Position numbers and translations under genes: made by a program. Under the pieces are notes generated by a model. The model saw only the letters and a list, made by a program, of their open reading frames with translations. It was not told the origin of the DNA and did no database searches. Source: Desulfarculia bacterium (GTDB lineage: Bacteria > Desulfobacterota > Desulfarculia > G963662305). Taken from it: a DNA stretch of 64,000 nucleotides. Each line of letters begins with the position of its first letter. Within the stretch, counting starts at the first letter, position 1. Shown here one piece after another: positions 18,143-28,687 of this stretch. The stretch lies in assembly GCA_963662305.1 (NCBI GenBank), contig OY759352.1, forward strand, positions 2,013,620 through 2,077,619, written 5' to 3'.

Positions 18143-21100
18143 TCACTTCCCCGAGGCGGACCTATCCTCCAGGCGCCAGCCCCGCTGCCATTTCTCCACC
18201 TGGTCCGCGGTGAGGACCTCCACCTGGGAGCCCTGAAACTCGCCCTCCACCCGGCCCATGGACTCCTCCATGTCGCCCTCCACATCTAGGGAGGCGGACT
18301 GGATCCGGGCCAGGACCTCCGGGTCCGGGGACCACAGCCCCCGGGAGGCGGCCTCCAGGAGCCGCCGGGTGATCTCCTCCAGGGCATAGGGGTTCTCCTG
18401 GCGGAGCCAGGCCAGGTTGTATCGGTCCAGGATCAGCTTCCCGGCCAGGGCGTCCAGGATACGGCCCTCCACCTGCCCGGTGGTGGCCGACCACTTGAAC
18501 AGGCTGCTCACCTGGGCCATGACCCTGGCCGCGCCCTGGAAGCCCTCCTTTTTCATGGCCTCGATCCAGTTCTGGTTGAGGACCTTGGCCCGGGCCGAGG
18601 CCTCCAGGCTTTCCCGGAAGTCCCGGACCTGGGGCTTGCCGGCCGAGGGGTCGTCCATCCAGTAGAGCCGGGCCTTTTTGCCGGAAAGGGCCTCCGCAGC
18701 CACGGCCATGCCGCCCAGAAAGGAGGCGTAGCAGCCGCACCCGGTCAGGTCGTACTCCGGGGAGTACTGGCGCATGGCCGTCACGTCCACCTGGGCCAGC
18801 ATGGCCGCAAAGTGATCCTGGGCCAACTGGCCGTGGTCGTCTCCGGACCCCAGGGCGTAGCCGCCGTGCTCGATGTAGGTCTCGGCCAGTTCGGTGCGCT
18901 CGTTCCAGGCCGAGGCGTCCAGGACCAGCCCCACCCCCAGGGTGTGGCTTCCGGGACGGGCCGAAAAGACCCGGTACCCGGCCCGGCGGAACAGCCCGGC
19001 CGACTGCCCCTCCATCTCCTCTTCCAGGGCGGCCAGCCGCTCCAGGGTGTGGGCCCGGATGTGGTTGTTCTGGAGATCTTCGTCCAGCTCCGAGGCGGCC
19101 AGGGCGGCCCGGTCGATCAGGTCGATGAAGTTGGGCAGCATGTCCCGGACCAGGCTGCTGGTCTGGACCACCACGTCGACGCGGGGCCGGGGGTTTCCGT
19201 CCAGGAGCAGCTCGGCCAGTGGAAGAGGCTCCACCTTCCGGCACTGCCCGTCCCCCTCCCAAACCGGTTTGAAGCCCATGAGATAAAGAATCTGGCAGCA
19301 GACTTCGCCGTCGGACTTGAACCCGTCGGAACTCCACAGGCTCAGCCCCACGGTGCGGGGGAAGGAGCCCTCGTCGGACAGGTATTTGCGCAGGAGGCGG
19401 TCGGCCAAATCCCGGCCCGCGGCCCAGGCCGCCTGGGTGGGCAGCCGGGTCACGTCCAGGCCGAAGAAGTTGCGTCCTGTGGGCAGGGTCTGGGTCTGGC
19501 CCATGAGCAGGGACCCGGCCGGGCCCGGCGGGATGAAGCCACCCCGAAGGCCGTGGAGCAGGGCCGCCATCTCCTGGTCGGAGCGGGCCAGCAGCCCGGC
19601 CGTCTCGCGGCACCACCCCCGCAAGGCTTGTCCTTCCTCCCCGGGCCAGAGAGCTTCCCAGTCCGCCTCGCTCCCTTCCAGAGCGGTCCGGACTACCTCC
19701 CCGGCCCGGTCGAACTGCTCTCCCCGTGAGGTTCCATGATCGGCCACCTCCTCCAGGGAGGGCCGCCCGGGCGATTCCCGGCGGAGGATGGAGGTAAGCA
19801 TCATCACCGTCTCCTCCAGGTCCGGGCCCCGGCCCAGGCAGTGCAGGCCGGTGGGGGCCAGGGTCTGTTTGGCCTGGGCCAGGGCCCGGGCGGCCAGGTC
19901 CAGGGTCTCCTCCTCCCGGTCGGAGCCCGGCTCCACCTCCTCCGCCTTGGCCCGGAAAAATCCCAGCCTGGCCAGCAGAGGCCGCAGCTCCCGGGCCAGG
20001 TCGGCCGCCCGGGCCGGTTCGTCCATGGCCCTGGCCCGCTGGTACTGGACCAGGAGGTCCTCCGTCCGGGCCGCCTCCCCATCCAGGAGGGCGGGGCGAA
20101 AGGCCGGGCCCAGGTGGTCCACCAGCACGGCCCGGCCCCGCCGCTTGGCGATCAAGCCCTCGCCCACCACGTCCATGATGTAGAGGTAGAGGTTGGGCAG
20201 CCCGTTTAAGGTTATATCCGGGAAGCACCGCTCCGAGAGCCCGCCCCGCTTTCCGGGCAGGTATTCCAGGGCCCCTTCGCAGCCGAAGTGGATCACCGCG
20301 TCCGAGGTCCGGTCGATGTAATGGTAGGTGGCCAGCCAGTGGTGGGGCGGGCTGATCAGGGGGTCGTGGAGGATGCGGCAGACCTCGCCGTTGCACTTGG
20401 CCCCGTAGCAGCCCCGCTTGGGCTGGACCATGACTTTGGTCTTGCCCAGTTGAATCCCCGTGACCAGGAGGGTCGGCTCCCCCTCCCGCTCATAGACCAT
20501 GGCCTCTCCCGGGAACTGGTCCCAGTCTTCATTGACCTTGGCCCGGACCGGTTCCGGCAGGGTCTCTTGATAGGCTTGGTACTCCTCCCGGGTGGTGTAG
20601 TGAAGGACCCCGCCCTTGGTGACGATCTCGTCCGGAGTGGTCCAGCGAAATTCGCTCACGGCCTTGCGGGAGAGGATCAGCGCCTTGAGCTCCGCCCCGT
20701 CGGCGGGCGGATGGCCCACGTCGTAGCCCTCCCGGTCCATGGCCCGGAGCAGCCGGGCCAGGCTGTCGAACACGTTGAGCCCCACCCCGGTGCCGATGGT
20801 GGCCTCCACCCCCTGACAAGGCGCGTTGTGGAGAACCACGGTCACCCGCTTGTCCTGGTTGGGCTTCCGGGCTAGGGCCAGCCAGCGCCCCAGCCTGCGG
20901 CAGAGCAGCTCGATCCGCTCCGGGATGGGCTCGTAGCACAAGGCCTCGTTGCCGGGCCTGCGGGCGGCGAAGACCGTGGGTTCGATAGCTCCGGCCATCT
21001 CCGGCTGGGCCAGGCCGTAGACCAGGGAGGCGGCGTTGAGCCCATACCCGTCCTCCAGCCATTCCTTAGGCGTCTGGTGGTGCACCCGGATCAGCTGGAT

Positions 21101-21886
21101 CAGGGGCCGGTCCAGCTCCTTTAAAAGCCCGATCTCGTCCTCCTGGGAGAGGAACCGGGCCGCCAGCAGGTTCAGCAACGCCGCCGGTTTTTCCCCCGAA
21201 TCCAGGAAATTGCGGAACCAGGAATGGCGCTTATCCGGCGGCTCCCCGGTCTCGGACGGGCTCTCGCAGAAGACGCACAAAGGCCGGAACCCATGCTCCT
21301 CCAGGGCCAGGATAAGGGCCTCTATCTCGGCCGTGTTGCCCTCCGCCACCTGGGCGTAGTGGCAGACCAGGCCGATCAGGGGCCGGCCGGGGTCCAGACC
21401 CCGGTCCAGGGCCAGCCAGCGAAGGTACTCCTTCCGGTCAATAAAAACCTTATCAGCGGCCGGGTGGAAGATACCTTCGGTTTGCACCTCCTGGGGGGGC
21501 TGGTAGTCGGTATCCGCCCCGCAGGCCGAGGCCGCGAACCTGATCCCGTGGAGGTAGTTCTCCTCCGAGACCCTGGCCAGATAGGCCCGGAACAGGGCCA
21601 GGTCCTGGGCGGAGAGGCTGGACCATCCGGCCGGGATGTCCTGGCCCAACCCGATCCGGTGGGCCGCCCGGTCCGCCTGTTCCATGATCTGGGCGAACCC
21701 CTCCTGGCCCTGGGACAGCTCGGCCAGGAGCAGATCCACCCGCCCCGAGGCCAGTTCCTCGGCGGCCTTCTCCCATTTCAGCTGGGGGATGAGGACCAGG
21801 TCCAATCCTTCCCCGGCCAGCCGCTTTGCGACCCTGGCCCAGGTGAGCTGGTTGAACATGAGGGAATGGACGTAGATAATTCTCAT
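18143..21886 (-). CDS. CobN/Mg-chelatase large-subunit family protein (paralog 1)
   Basis: 1247 aa; CobN/ChlH-type conserved blocks throughout (e.g. LHYIDRTSDAVIHFGCEGALEYLPGK, GFIPPGPAGSLLMGQTQTLPTGRNFFG). Confidence 0.85.
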   Translation of the reverse strand: MRIIYVHSLMFNQLTWARVAKRLAGEGLDLVLIPQLKWEKAAEELASGRVDLLLAELSQGQEGFAQIMEQADRAAHRIGLGQDIPAGWSSLSAQDLALFRAYLARVSEENYLHGIRFAASACGADTDYQPPQEVQTEGIFHPAADKVFIDRKEYLRWLALDRGLDPGRPLIGLVCHYAQVAEGNTAEIEALILALEEHGFRPLCVFCESPSETGEPPDKRHSWFRNFLDSGEKPAALLNLLAARFLSQEDEIGLLKELDRPLIQLIRVHHQTPKEWLEDGYGLNAASLVYGLAQPEMAGAIEPTVFAARRPGNEALCYEPIPERIELLCRRLGRWLALARKPNQDKRVTVVLHNAPCQGVEATIGTGVGLNVFDSLARLLRAMDREGYDVGHPPADGAELKALILSRKAVSEFRWTTPDEIVTKGGVLHYTTREEYQAYQETLPEPVRAKVNEDWDQFPGEAMVYEREGEPTLLVTGIQLGKTKVMVQPKRGCYGAKCNGEVCRILHDPLISPPHHWLATYHYIDRTSDAVIHFGCEGALEYLPGKRGGLSERCFPDITLNGLPNLYLYIMDVVGEGLIAKRRGRAVLVDHLGPAFRPALLDGEAARTEDLLVQYQRARAMDEPARAADLARELRPLLARLGFFRAKAEEVEPGSDREEETLDLAARALAQAKQTLAPTGLHCLGRGPDLEETVMMLTSILRRESPGRPSLEEVADHGTSRGEQFDRAGEVVRTALEGSEADWEALWPGEEGQALRGWCRETAGLLARSDQEMAALLHGLRGGFIPPGPAGSLLMGQTQTLPTGRNFFGLDVTRLPTQAAWAAGRDLADRLLRKYLSDEGSFPRTVGLSLWSSDGFKSDGEVCCQILYLMGFKPVWEGDGQCRKVEPLPLAELLLDGNPRPRVDVVVQTSSLVRDMLPNFIDLIDRAALAASELDEDLQNNHIRAHTLERLAALEEEMEGQSAGLFRRAGYRVFSARPGSHTLGVGLVLDASAWNERTELAETYIEHGGYALGSGDDHGQLAQDHFAAMLAQVDVTAMRQYSPEYDLTGCGCYASFLGGMAVAAEALSGKKARLYWMDDPSAGKPQVRDFRESLEASARAKVLNQNWIEAMKKEGFQGAARVMAQVSSLFKWSATTGQVEGRILDALAGKLILDRYNLAWLRQENPYALEEITRRLLEAASRGLWSPDPEVLARIQSASLDVEGDMEESMGRVEGEFQGSQVEVLTADQVEKWQRGWRLEDRSASGK

Positions 21887-21957
21887 GGCTGTTCTCCCCA
21901 GCGGGCCGAGGGCTTATAATGGCCCCCATGGACTCCGCACCTGAGAGGATTGAACAA

Positions 21958-23136
21958 ATGATTCTGGGCACCTTTTACGATTCCCTGGAGATCCGCCGGG
22001 AGGAGAAGATCATCCTGGCCAGGTTTCTGGAGCCCCACCGGGTCGTCTCCACCTGCCGGGCCGCGGGCGGGATCTCCGACCGGCTGGACTTCGTCTACAA
22101 CCACCAGGTCTGCGAACCCACCAACCACACCCACGGCCTGCCGCCCTCGGCTTTGTCCGACCCCCTGGCCTATCGGGAGCTGATCTGCGGCCGCCACAAT
22201 CTTCCCCCGGACAAGTGCGCCACCTGCGGCACCGCGGCCAACATGAACCAGGCCGCCTTGGTCTCGGAGAAGTTCCGCGACCTGGAGGTGGTGGCCCTGT
22301 GCACAGGCGGGGTGGAGACCAACGCCGGCCGGGTGGGCGATCCGGCCACGGTCTTCGAGGGCCCGGAGGGGTTCGAGAAGCTGGGCCCGGCCGACCCGCC
22401 GGGGGAGGGGACCATCGTGACCATGGTCTTCATCAGCCGGGAACTGGTCCCCGGGGCCATGGTCCGGGCGGTGATGACCGCCACCGAGGCCAAGACCGCC
22501 GTACTCCAGGAACTGGGCGTGGGCTCCTGCTACTCGGACGGCCCGGCCACGGGCACGGGCACGGACCAGATCGTGGTGGCCAGCCGGTTGGGAGAGGGAA
22601 AGCCCCTGACCTGCGCGGGCAAACACTGCACCTTGGGAGAGCTTATCGGCCGGGCGGTCCAGAAGGCCATCGCCCAGGCCCTGGCCGCCCAGAACGGCCT
22701 CACCCCGGCCCGGCAGTGCTCGGTCACGGCCCACCTGGCCCGTTTGGGGGCCGGCCGGGAGTCTCTGATAAAGGGCGTGGGGGCCCATCTGGACGAGAGC
22801 GGAAAACAACTCCTGGCCGACAACTGGGACTGCCTGGACACCGACCCCCTGACCGTGGCCGCGGCGGCGGCCCTGGTCCATCTGCGGGACAAGCTGGCCT
22901 GGGGGGCCCTCTCCCCGGAGGTCCGGCCCGAGGTGCTGGTCTCCTTCGGGGCCCAGCTCTCCGCCGCCGTGTCGGGCAAGAACGGGCTTCTGCCCTGGTT
23001 CAATGAACAGCTGAGCCGAACCCGGCCCGGAGAATCCAACCGGGACTTTCTGAAGCTGGTCCACCGGGCCCTGGGCCTGGGCTTCGGCCGCAAGTGGCTC
23101 TGGCCCGGGGAAGGGGAGCCCGGGGCGGCGGCTTAA
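21958..23136 (+). CDS. CbiZ-like adenosylcobinamide amidohydrolase family protein
   Basis: Sequence blocks VVSTCRAAGG, VALCTGGVETNAG, TGTGTDQIVVA resemble CbiZ; start placed at internal ATG (MILGTFYD); the long antisense ORF 21883-23160 is low-complexity and rejected. Confidence 0.5.
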   Translation: MILGTFYDSLEIRREEKIILARFLEPHRVVSTCRAAGGISDRLDFVYNHQVCEPTNHTHGLPPSALSDPLAYRELICGRHNLPPDKCATCGTAANMNQAALVSEKFRDLEVVALCTGGVETNAGRVGDPATVFEGPEGFEKLGPADPPGEGTIVTMVFISRELVPGAMVRAVMTATEAKTAVLQELGVGSCYSDGPATGTGTDQIVVASRLGEGKPLTCAGKHCTLGELIGRAVQKAIAQALAAQNGLTPARQCSVTAHLARLGAGRESLIKGVGAHLDESGKQLLADNWDCLDTDPLTVAAAAALVHLRDKLAWGALSPEVRPEVLVSFGAQLSAAVSGKNGLLPWFNEQLSRTRPGESNRDFLKLVHRALGLGFGRKWLWPGEGEPGAAA

Positions 23137-23166
23137 GCAATATGGCGGCTTACCTTTCATCAGTCC

Positions 23167-24951
23167 TCAAAAGGAGTAAATCATTCCGGCCATGAGGGTG
23201 AAGGGCGGGGCCGGATAGCCGTCGCAGTAGAGGTATTCCCGGTCCAGAAGGTTATCTATGCGCAGGTACGCTCGCCAGCCCTCCCAGACATATTCGGCCC
23301 GCAGGTCGAAGAGGTGATAGGAGGGGGCGGTCTCGGTGTTGTCCGAACGGGAATAGGATTCGTCCTGAAAGGTGAAGGACAGGGCCACCATCAACCGCTT
23401 CAGGGGCCGGAGCCGCAGGTCGGCCTTAATTTTGTGCTTGGGCTTGCACGACAACCACAGATCGTTGGTCTCGTCCCGGGCCTCCAGATAGGTATAGGAG
23501 CCGTGCAGCTCCAGCCAGTCCCAGGGTTTGAATTCCAGGGAGGCGTCCACTCCGCGATAGTAGGCCCGGCCGATGTTCCGGTACTGGCCCAGGTTGCCCT
23601 CGGTGTTGATGTAGGTTATGCGGTCGTCGATGAGGTCGTAGAACAGGGAGGCCCCCATGCGGAACATCTTGGAGGGTTCATAGGCCGCCCGGAGGCTCAG
23701 GTTGACGGACTGCTCCATGTCCAGGTCCGGATTGGGGATCAGGGTGGAGCTCTCGTAGTAACGTTGCCTTAAAGTGGGCACATTGTTGGACATGGAGGCC
23801 GAAAAAATGAACTCCAGGGGCGCGGGGGCGTGGCGGACCTGCAGCTCCGGGTTCACCGCCGCATCGAACTCGGAATATAAGCTGGCCCTGAGCCCCAGGC
23901 TGACCCCCAAGGGGGCGAAATCGAACTCCAGCTGCTTCTTGGCGAACAGCCCCAGGGTCTGCTCGTCCCGGTTCTCCATCTTGTTGCCCTGGCCGTGGAT
24001 GTTCTCCGTCTCCAGTCCCAGGGAGAGACGCCCCACCAGGGGCAGCCCCACCTGGGCCCGGACATCCTGCTTCACCTTCCAGCCGGTCATGAGGGTCCGG
24101 TAGTCCGCCCCCTCGGTCCAGGAATCGTTCTCAAAGTGGAGATAGTGGGTCCCGGCCTTGATCTTTTTCCAGCCGTAGGCCAGGGAGGCCCGCAGGGTCT
24201 CGTCCCGGGAGCGGGAATCCGGGGTGGGATACTCCCGGTAACCCGGGTTGCCACTGGTCCGTTTGGCGTAATCCAGGGACAGGACCACGGGCTGCCAGGC
24301 GGTTTTCCCGGCCGGGGAGGCGTCGCCCTCCCCTTCCGGGGGCGCGCTGAAGTCGTAGCCCGCCTTGAACCCGGCCTGGACGGTCTCCTTGTCCCCGTTG
24401 TTGCGGTACCCGTCGGTGCGGCAGTACTCCCCGCTGGCGGCCAGGGACCAGGGCCCGGCCGAGGCGGACAGGTTGGCCCCGGCCTTGGCCGAGCCCAGGT
24501 TGCCGCCGCCGGCCTCGATCCGGCCGCTGACCGCCTTCTTGGTCTTCTTGGTGTAGAACAGGACCACCCCTCCGGAGCTGTCGTCGCCGTAGTCCACGGC
24601 CCCGCCGCCCTTGATGATCTTCACCTTTTCCAGGCTGGCCAGGTTGACCAACCCCAGCTTGACCTCGCTGTGGGAGGAGACCGGGTTCTTCAGGGGCGCG
24701 CCGTCCAGGAAGACCTTCACCGCATAGGAGCCCCGGATGCCCACCGTGGTCTCCGAGGCCTTGACCCCGGGGACCAGGTTCAGCAGCTCCACCACGGAGT
24801 AGACGTTGAGCTTCTTTATCTCCTGGGCGGTTATGACCACCACGTCGCCGTGGTCCTGGTCTTCTTCCCCGGCCACGGCCGGAAAGGTCGAGCCGAACAG
24901 AAAGAAAGTTGCCAGCAGAGCCGAGATAAAGAGCGTGGATTTCTCGAACAT
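23167..24951 (-). CDS. TonB-dependent outer-membrane receptor
   Basis: Start at MFEKSTLFISALLATFFLFG (signal peptide); plug-domain motifs (VVVITAQEI, VPGV, IRG), beta-barrel region, C-terminal aromatic residue (F). Confidence 0.85.
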   Translation of the reverse strand: MFEKSTLFISALLATFFLFGSTFPAVAGEEDQDHGDVVVITAQEIKKLNVYSVVELLNLVPGVKASETTVGIRGSYAVKVFLDGAPLKNPVSSHSEVKLGLVNLASLEKVKIIKGGGAVDYGDDSSGGVVLFYTKKTKKAVSGRIEAGGGNLGSAKAGANLSASAGPWSLAASGEYCRTDGYRNNGDKETVQAGFKAGYDFSAPPEGEGDASPAGKTAWQPVVLSLDYAKRTSGNPGYREYPTPDSRSRDETLRASLAYGWKKIKAGTHYLHFENDSWTEGADYRTLMTGWKVKQDVRAQVGLPLVGRLSLGLETENIHGQGNKMENRDEQTLGLFAKKQLEFDFAPLGVSLGLRASLYSEFDAAVNPELQVRHAPAPLEFIFSASMSNNVPTLRQRYYESSTLIPNPDLDMEQSVNLSLRAAYEPSKMFRMGASLFYDLIDDRITYINTEGNLGQYRNIGRAYYRGVDASLEFKPWDWLELHGSYTYLEARDETNDLWLSCKPKHKIKADLRLRPLKRLMVALSFTFQDESYSRSDNTETAPSYHLFDLRAEYVWEGWRAYLRIDNLLDREYLYCDGYPAPPFTLMAGMIYSF

Positions 24952-24962
24952 ATATTCCCCCC

Positions 24963-27900
24963 TCAGCCAATTCCGTCCTCGATGTCGCCTTCGATGTCCA
25001 GATAGATGGATTCCAGCCGTTCCTTGGTTTCCTGGTCGGTGTTCCACATCTCCCGGCTGATGGCCTCCAGGAGGCGTTCGGCGATGTTCTGAAGGGCGTG
25101 GGGGTTGACCTCCTTGAGCCATTCCCGCATCTTGGGATCAAAGGCGTATTTCTCGGCCAGGCCCTCGTACATCCAGTCCTCCAGGACCTTGGAGGTGGCG
25201 TCCCAGTGAAAGGCGTTGTCCACCTGGCGGGAGAGATCCCCGGCCCCCTTGAACCCGTGTCGCATGAGGCCCTCGATCCACTTGGGGTTGAGGATGCGGG
25301 AGCGGAAGACGTGCTTGGCCTCCTGGTGGAGGGAGCGGTTCTTGACCCGCTCCGGATCCGAGGCGTCGCCGATGTAGGCCCGGGGCAGACTCCCGGAAGT
25401 GGTTTTGACCGCGCAGAAGAACCCCCCGAAGTAGGCGTTGTAGTCGTCCGAGCCCAGGATGTCGTACTCCCGGGAGTCGTCGCTCTTGAACAGGAGCTTG
25501 ATGTCGGAAAGCCTGCGGCGCAGTTCGTCCTTCATGGGGGCGCCGTATTCGCCCTGGCCGTAGCCGTACCCGGCCCAGGACAGCCAGACCTCGGTCAGGT
25601 CCTCGGCCGTCTCCCAGGCCTTGGCGTCGATGGCTGCGGCCACCCCGGCCCCGTAGGTCCCGGGCGGGTCGGAGTAGATCCGGAAGGAGGCCTTGCGGAC
25701 CGCGTCCTCGGGGCTGAGCCCCTGCTTCTCCAGCTCGGCCGCCTCCCGCATCACGTTGCGCCGCAGGAAGTTGGACTCGGGCGGCTCCTTGAGGGCGGCC
25801 ACCATGCGGGCCGCCTGGTCCAGCATCTCCATTAAATTCGGGAAAACATCCCGAAAAAGCCCGGTGGTGCGGAAGGTGATGTCGATGCGGGGGAACTTCA
25901 GCTCCGCCAGGGGGATCACCTCCACCCCCTCCACCCGGCCGCTGCGCTCGTTCCAGACCGGCCGCAGACCCATCATGTACAGGGCCTGGGCCAGTTCCTC
26001 CCCGTGGGTCCTCATGTTGGAGGTGGCCCAGATGAGCATGCCCACGTTGTCCGGCGGGGAGCCGGTCTCCCGGCGGTAGCGCTCCACCAGGTCGTCGCCC
26101 AGGGCCTTCCCCACCTTCCAGGCCGAGGTGGTGGGCAGCTTCTGGGGGTCCACCGAGTAGAAGTTGCGGCCCGTGGGCAGGACATCGGTCTGGCCCCGGG
26201 TGGGCGCGCCCGTGGGTCCGGGGCGGACGAATCCGCCGTTGAGGGCATGAACCACGGCCTCCATCTCGTCCGTGGTCCGGGCCAAATTGGGCAGCAGGGT
26301 CTCCTTGAGAAACTCGACCACCTTGCCTATCCCGGGATTTTCCCTTGCCAGGGGGTGCTCCCGGCCGGCGATTGTGGCGGCCACGATCTCCATGCAGGTC
26401 CGGTGGACCGCCTCCAGGACCGTGGCATAGGTGGGGTGTCTACCGGAAGGATCGGCCTTGCCCCGCTGGGCCAGGAGTTCGTCATAGTCGTAGCCCCAGT
26501 GCCGGGCCACAGACTCCCGCAAGGAGGGCACCGGGCCGTTGTTGATCCGGACCATCTGGGTGGTGAGCTCGGTGAGCGCGTCCCCCTGGGGCGGAATACC
26601 CAGGATGTGGAGCCCGTCGGAGATGGCCGTGTCCGCGCACTCGCTCAAATAGGAGTGGAGCTTCTCCAGGAACTCCTCGAAGTTGTCCAGGGCCTGGTCC
26701 TTTTCCATCTCCAGGTCCCGCTGGAGATTGGCCTGTTCCACGGCCTCCCAGATCTGGTCCCGGACCACGGGCAGCCGGGTGGGGTTGGTGGCCTTGGTCT
26801 GAATATACTGGAGGACCAGGTTGTCCACCTCGGCCAGGCCCTCGTATTTTTCGGCGTTGGTCATCACCGGGATAAGGTGGTCGATCAGGGCGCAGTAGGA
26901 GCGCCGCTTGGCCTGGGTGCCTTCTCCTGGGTCGTTGACGATGTAGGGGTAGATGTTGGGCAGGGTGTTGATGGCCAGATCCGGGTAGCACTCCGGACCC
27001 AGGGCCACGCTCTTGCCGGGCAGCCACTCCAGGGAGCCGTGCTTGGCGATGTGCATCACCGCATCGGCCTGGAACACGTCCCTGATCCAGCGGTAGTAAT
27101 AGAGATAGTGCCAGGAGGGGGACATGTAGGGGTCGTGGATCATCTCCGGCCGCTCCACAAAACCCCGGGGCGGCTGGATGCCCACGTAGACGTTGCCCAG
27201 GATCAGTCCGTTGATCAGAACCTGGTCCTCGTGAACGAACAGCTCGCCCGGGCTCTCCCCCCAGTCCTCGGCCATGGCCCGGGTGTTCTTTTCCGGTAAC
27301 TCCTTGTTCCAGGCCTGGTGGTGGATTGCTCCGGCCCGGTCAGCGGCCCGGGCGGCCATGTCCGCCGGGGTGAGCCAGCGCTGGTCCACGGACAGCCCGG
27401 CCACCATGGCCTCGGCCAGCTCCTGGCAATCTGCCAGGGAATGCTCCACCCCGTAGCCCTCCTCCTTGAGCCTGCCCAACAGGTCGAACACGCTGGCGAA
27501 CGTGTCCAGGCCCACTCCGCAGCCGATCTTGTCGTTGCGGGGCGGGTAGTTGTGGAAAATGATGGCCACCTTCTTTTCGGAGTTGGGCTTGATCCGAAGC
27601 CGGGCCCAGTTGATCGCCAGGGCCGCCGCCTTGCCGATCCGCTCGGGCAGGGGCACGCTCCGGACCAGCTTGGCCCCGGTAAGGGGGTCCTGGCCCAGAT
27701 CCTCCTTGACCGAGGAGGGCACGGCGATGAGGTTGCCGTCGAACTCGGGCGCGGCCACGGACATGCTCACGTCCATGGGGTTCACGGCCTGATCCGTGGT
27801 CTCCCAGAACTCCTTGTCCGAGGTCAGGGGCATGGCCTGGAGCACGGGCACGTCCAGCTTGTTCAAAAGGGCCGCCTCCTGGGGCCGGAGCAGGGACAGG

Positions 27901-28685
27901 GAGAACATCATGGGGTTGATCAGGCAGTGGATTATGGTCTTGTCCTTGATTTTGAAATAGTTCTCGATGACCCAGGCCGTGTCCCTGGACTCGATCAGGG
28001 GATGGGGATAACGGCGGTAGAAACAGCCCACGGGAATGGCGCCCTGGTCCTCCACGGCCCGGACAATGGCGTCCATGGCCTCCAGGTCCCCCTCCTGAAA
28101 CAGGTAGCTGGGAAACCAGATCCCGATCACCGGCCTGGTGGGCCGGGTCAGGTCGGTCTCGGTCAGGCCCAGACCCTCCAGGTAGGAGTTCAGGTCCTCC
28201 CGCACCCCCAGGTCCGGATGGTAGAGCCCCTGGCTGGGCAGGGGGGCCGGAGGCCGGGCCTCCAGGCTTAGGGCGGCCCGCAAAAACTGGTAACGGTTCT
28301 CATCCCCGCCGTGGAGCAGGTACTGGACCCGGTCTTCGTAGACCTGGTCTCCGAACCCGGTGGAATGCTCCCGGGAGAGGAGGGTCTCCTCGTCGTCCCC
28401 GGGATGGACGTATATTTCGGTTCCGCCTTGCTTTGCAGCCTCAATCAGGCGGGCGAAGAAAGGGCAGGAGGATTTGCCGCCGTGGAGCAGGATCACAACC
28501 AGGTCGGCCGAGGCGGCCTCCCGGAGAAAGGTCTCCACCTCCTGGTCCGTGGTCAGGTCCTCCCCGGAGCGGGCCAGCAGGTTCAGCCCCCCGGGAAACT
28601 CCTCCAGCAGCCTGGTGGCGGCCCGGCTCCAAGAGCCCAGGCCCAGGCTTCCGGCGGCGTACATGACGATATTCTTAGCAGGCAT
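24963..28685 (-). CDS. CobN/Mg-chelatase large-subunit family protein (paralog 2)
   Basis: Start at MPAKNIVMYAAG (ATG 28685, AAGGGA upstream); CobN-type blocks (HYLYYYRWIRDVFQADAVMHIAKHGSLEWLPGK, GGFVRPGPTGAPTRGQTDVLPTGRNFY). Confidence 0.85.
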   Translation of the reverse strand: MPAKNIVMYAAGSLGLGSWSRAATRLLEEFPGGLNLLARSGEDLTTDQEVETFLREAASADLVVILLHGGKSSCPFFARLIEAAKQGGTEIYVHPGDDEETLLSREHSTGFGDQVYEDRVQYLLHGGDENRYQFLRAALSLEARPPAPLPSQGLYHPDLGVREDLNSYLEGLGLTETDLTRPTRPVIGIWFPSYLFQEGDLEAMDAIVRAVEDQGAIPVGCFYRRYPHPLIESRDTAWVIENYFKIKDKTIIHCLINPMMFSLSLLRPQEAALLNKLDVPVLQAMPLTSDKEFWETTDQAVNPMDVSMSVAAPEFDGNLIAVPSSVKEDLGQDPLTGAKLVRSVPLPERIGKAAALAINWARLRIKPNSEKKVAIIFHNYPPRNDKIGCGVGLDTFASVFDLLGRLKEEGYGVEHSLADCQELAEAMVAGLSVDQRWLTPADMAARAADRAGAIHHQAWNKELPEKNTRAMAEDWGESPGELFVHEDQVLINGLILGNVYVGIQPPRGFVERPEMIHDPYMSPSWHYLYYYRWIRDVFQADAVMHIAKHGSLEWLPGKSVALGPECYPDLAINTLPNIYPYIVNDPGEGTQAKRRSYCALIDHLIPVMTNAEKYEGLAEVDNLVLQYIQTKATNPTRLPVVRDQIWEAVEQANLQRDLEMEKDQALDNFEEFLEKLHSYLSECADTAISDGLHILGIPPQGDALTELTTQMVRINNGPVPSLRESVARHWGYDYDELLAQRGKADPSGRHPTYATVLEAVHRTCMEIVAATIAGREHPLARENPGIGKVVEFLKETLLPNLARTTDEMEAVVHALNGGFVRPGPTGAPTRGQTDVLPTGRNFYSVDPQKLPTTSAWKVGKALGDDLVERYRRETGSPPDNVGMLIWATSNMRTHGEELAQALYMMGLRPVWNERSGRVEGVEVIPLAELKFPRIDITFRTTGLFRDVFPNLMEMLDQAARMVAALKEPPESNFLRRNVMREAAELEKQGLSPEDAVRKASFRIYSDPPGTYGAGVAAAIDAKAWETAEDLTEVWLSWAGYGYGQGEYGAPMKDELRRRLSDIKLLFKSDDSREYDILGSDDYNAYFGGFFCAVKTTSGSLPRAYIGDASDPERVKNRSLHQEAKHVFRSRILNPKWIEGLMRHGFKGAGDLSRQVDNAFHWDATSKVLEDWMYEGLAEKYAFDPKMREWLKEVNPHALQNIAERLLEAISREMWNTDQETKERLESIYLDIEGDIEDGIG

Positions 28686-28687
28686 AA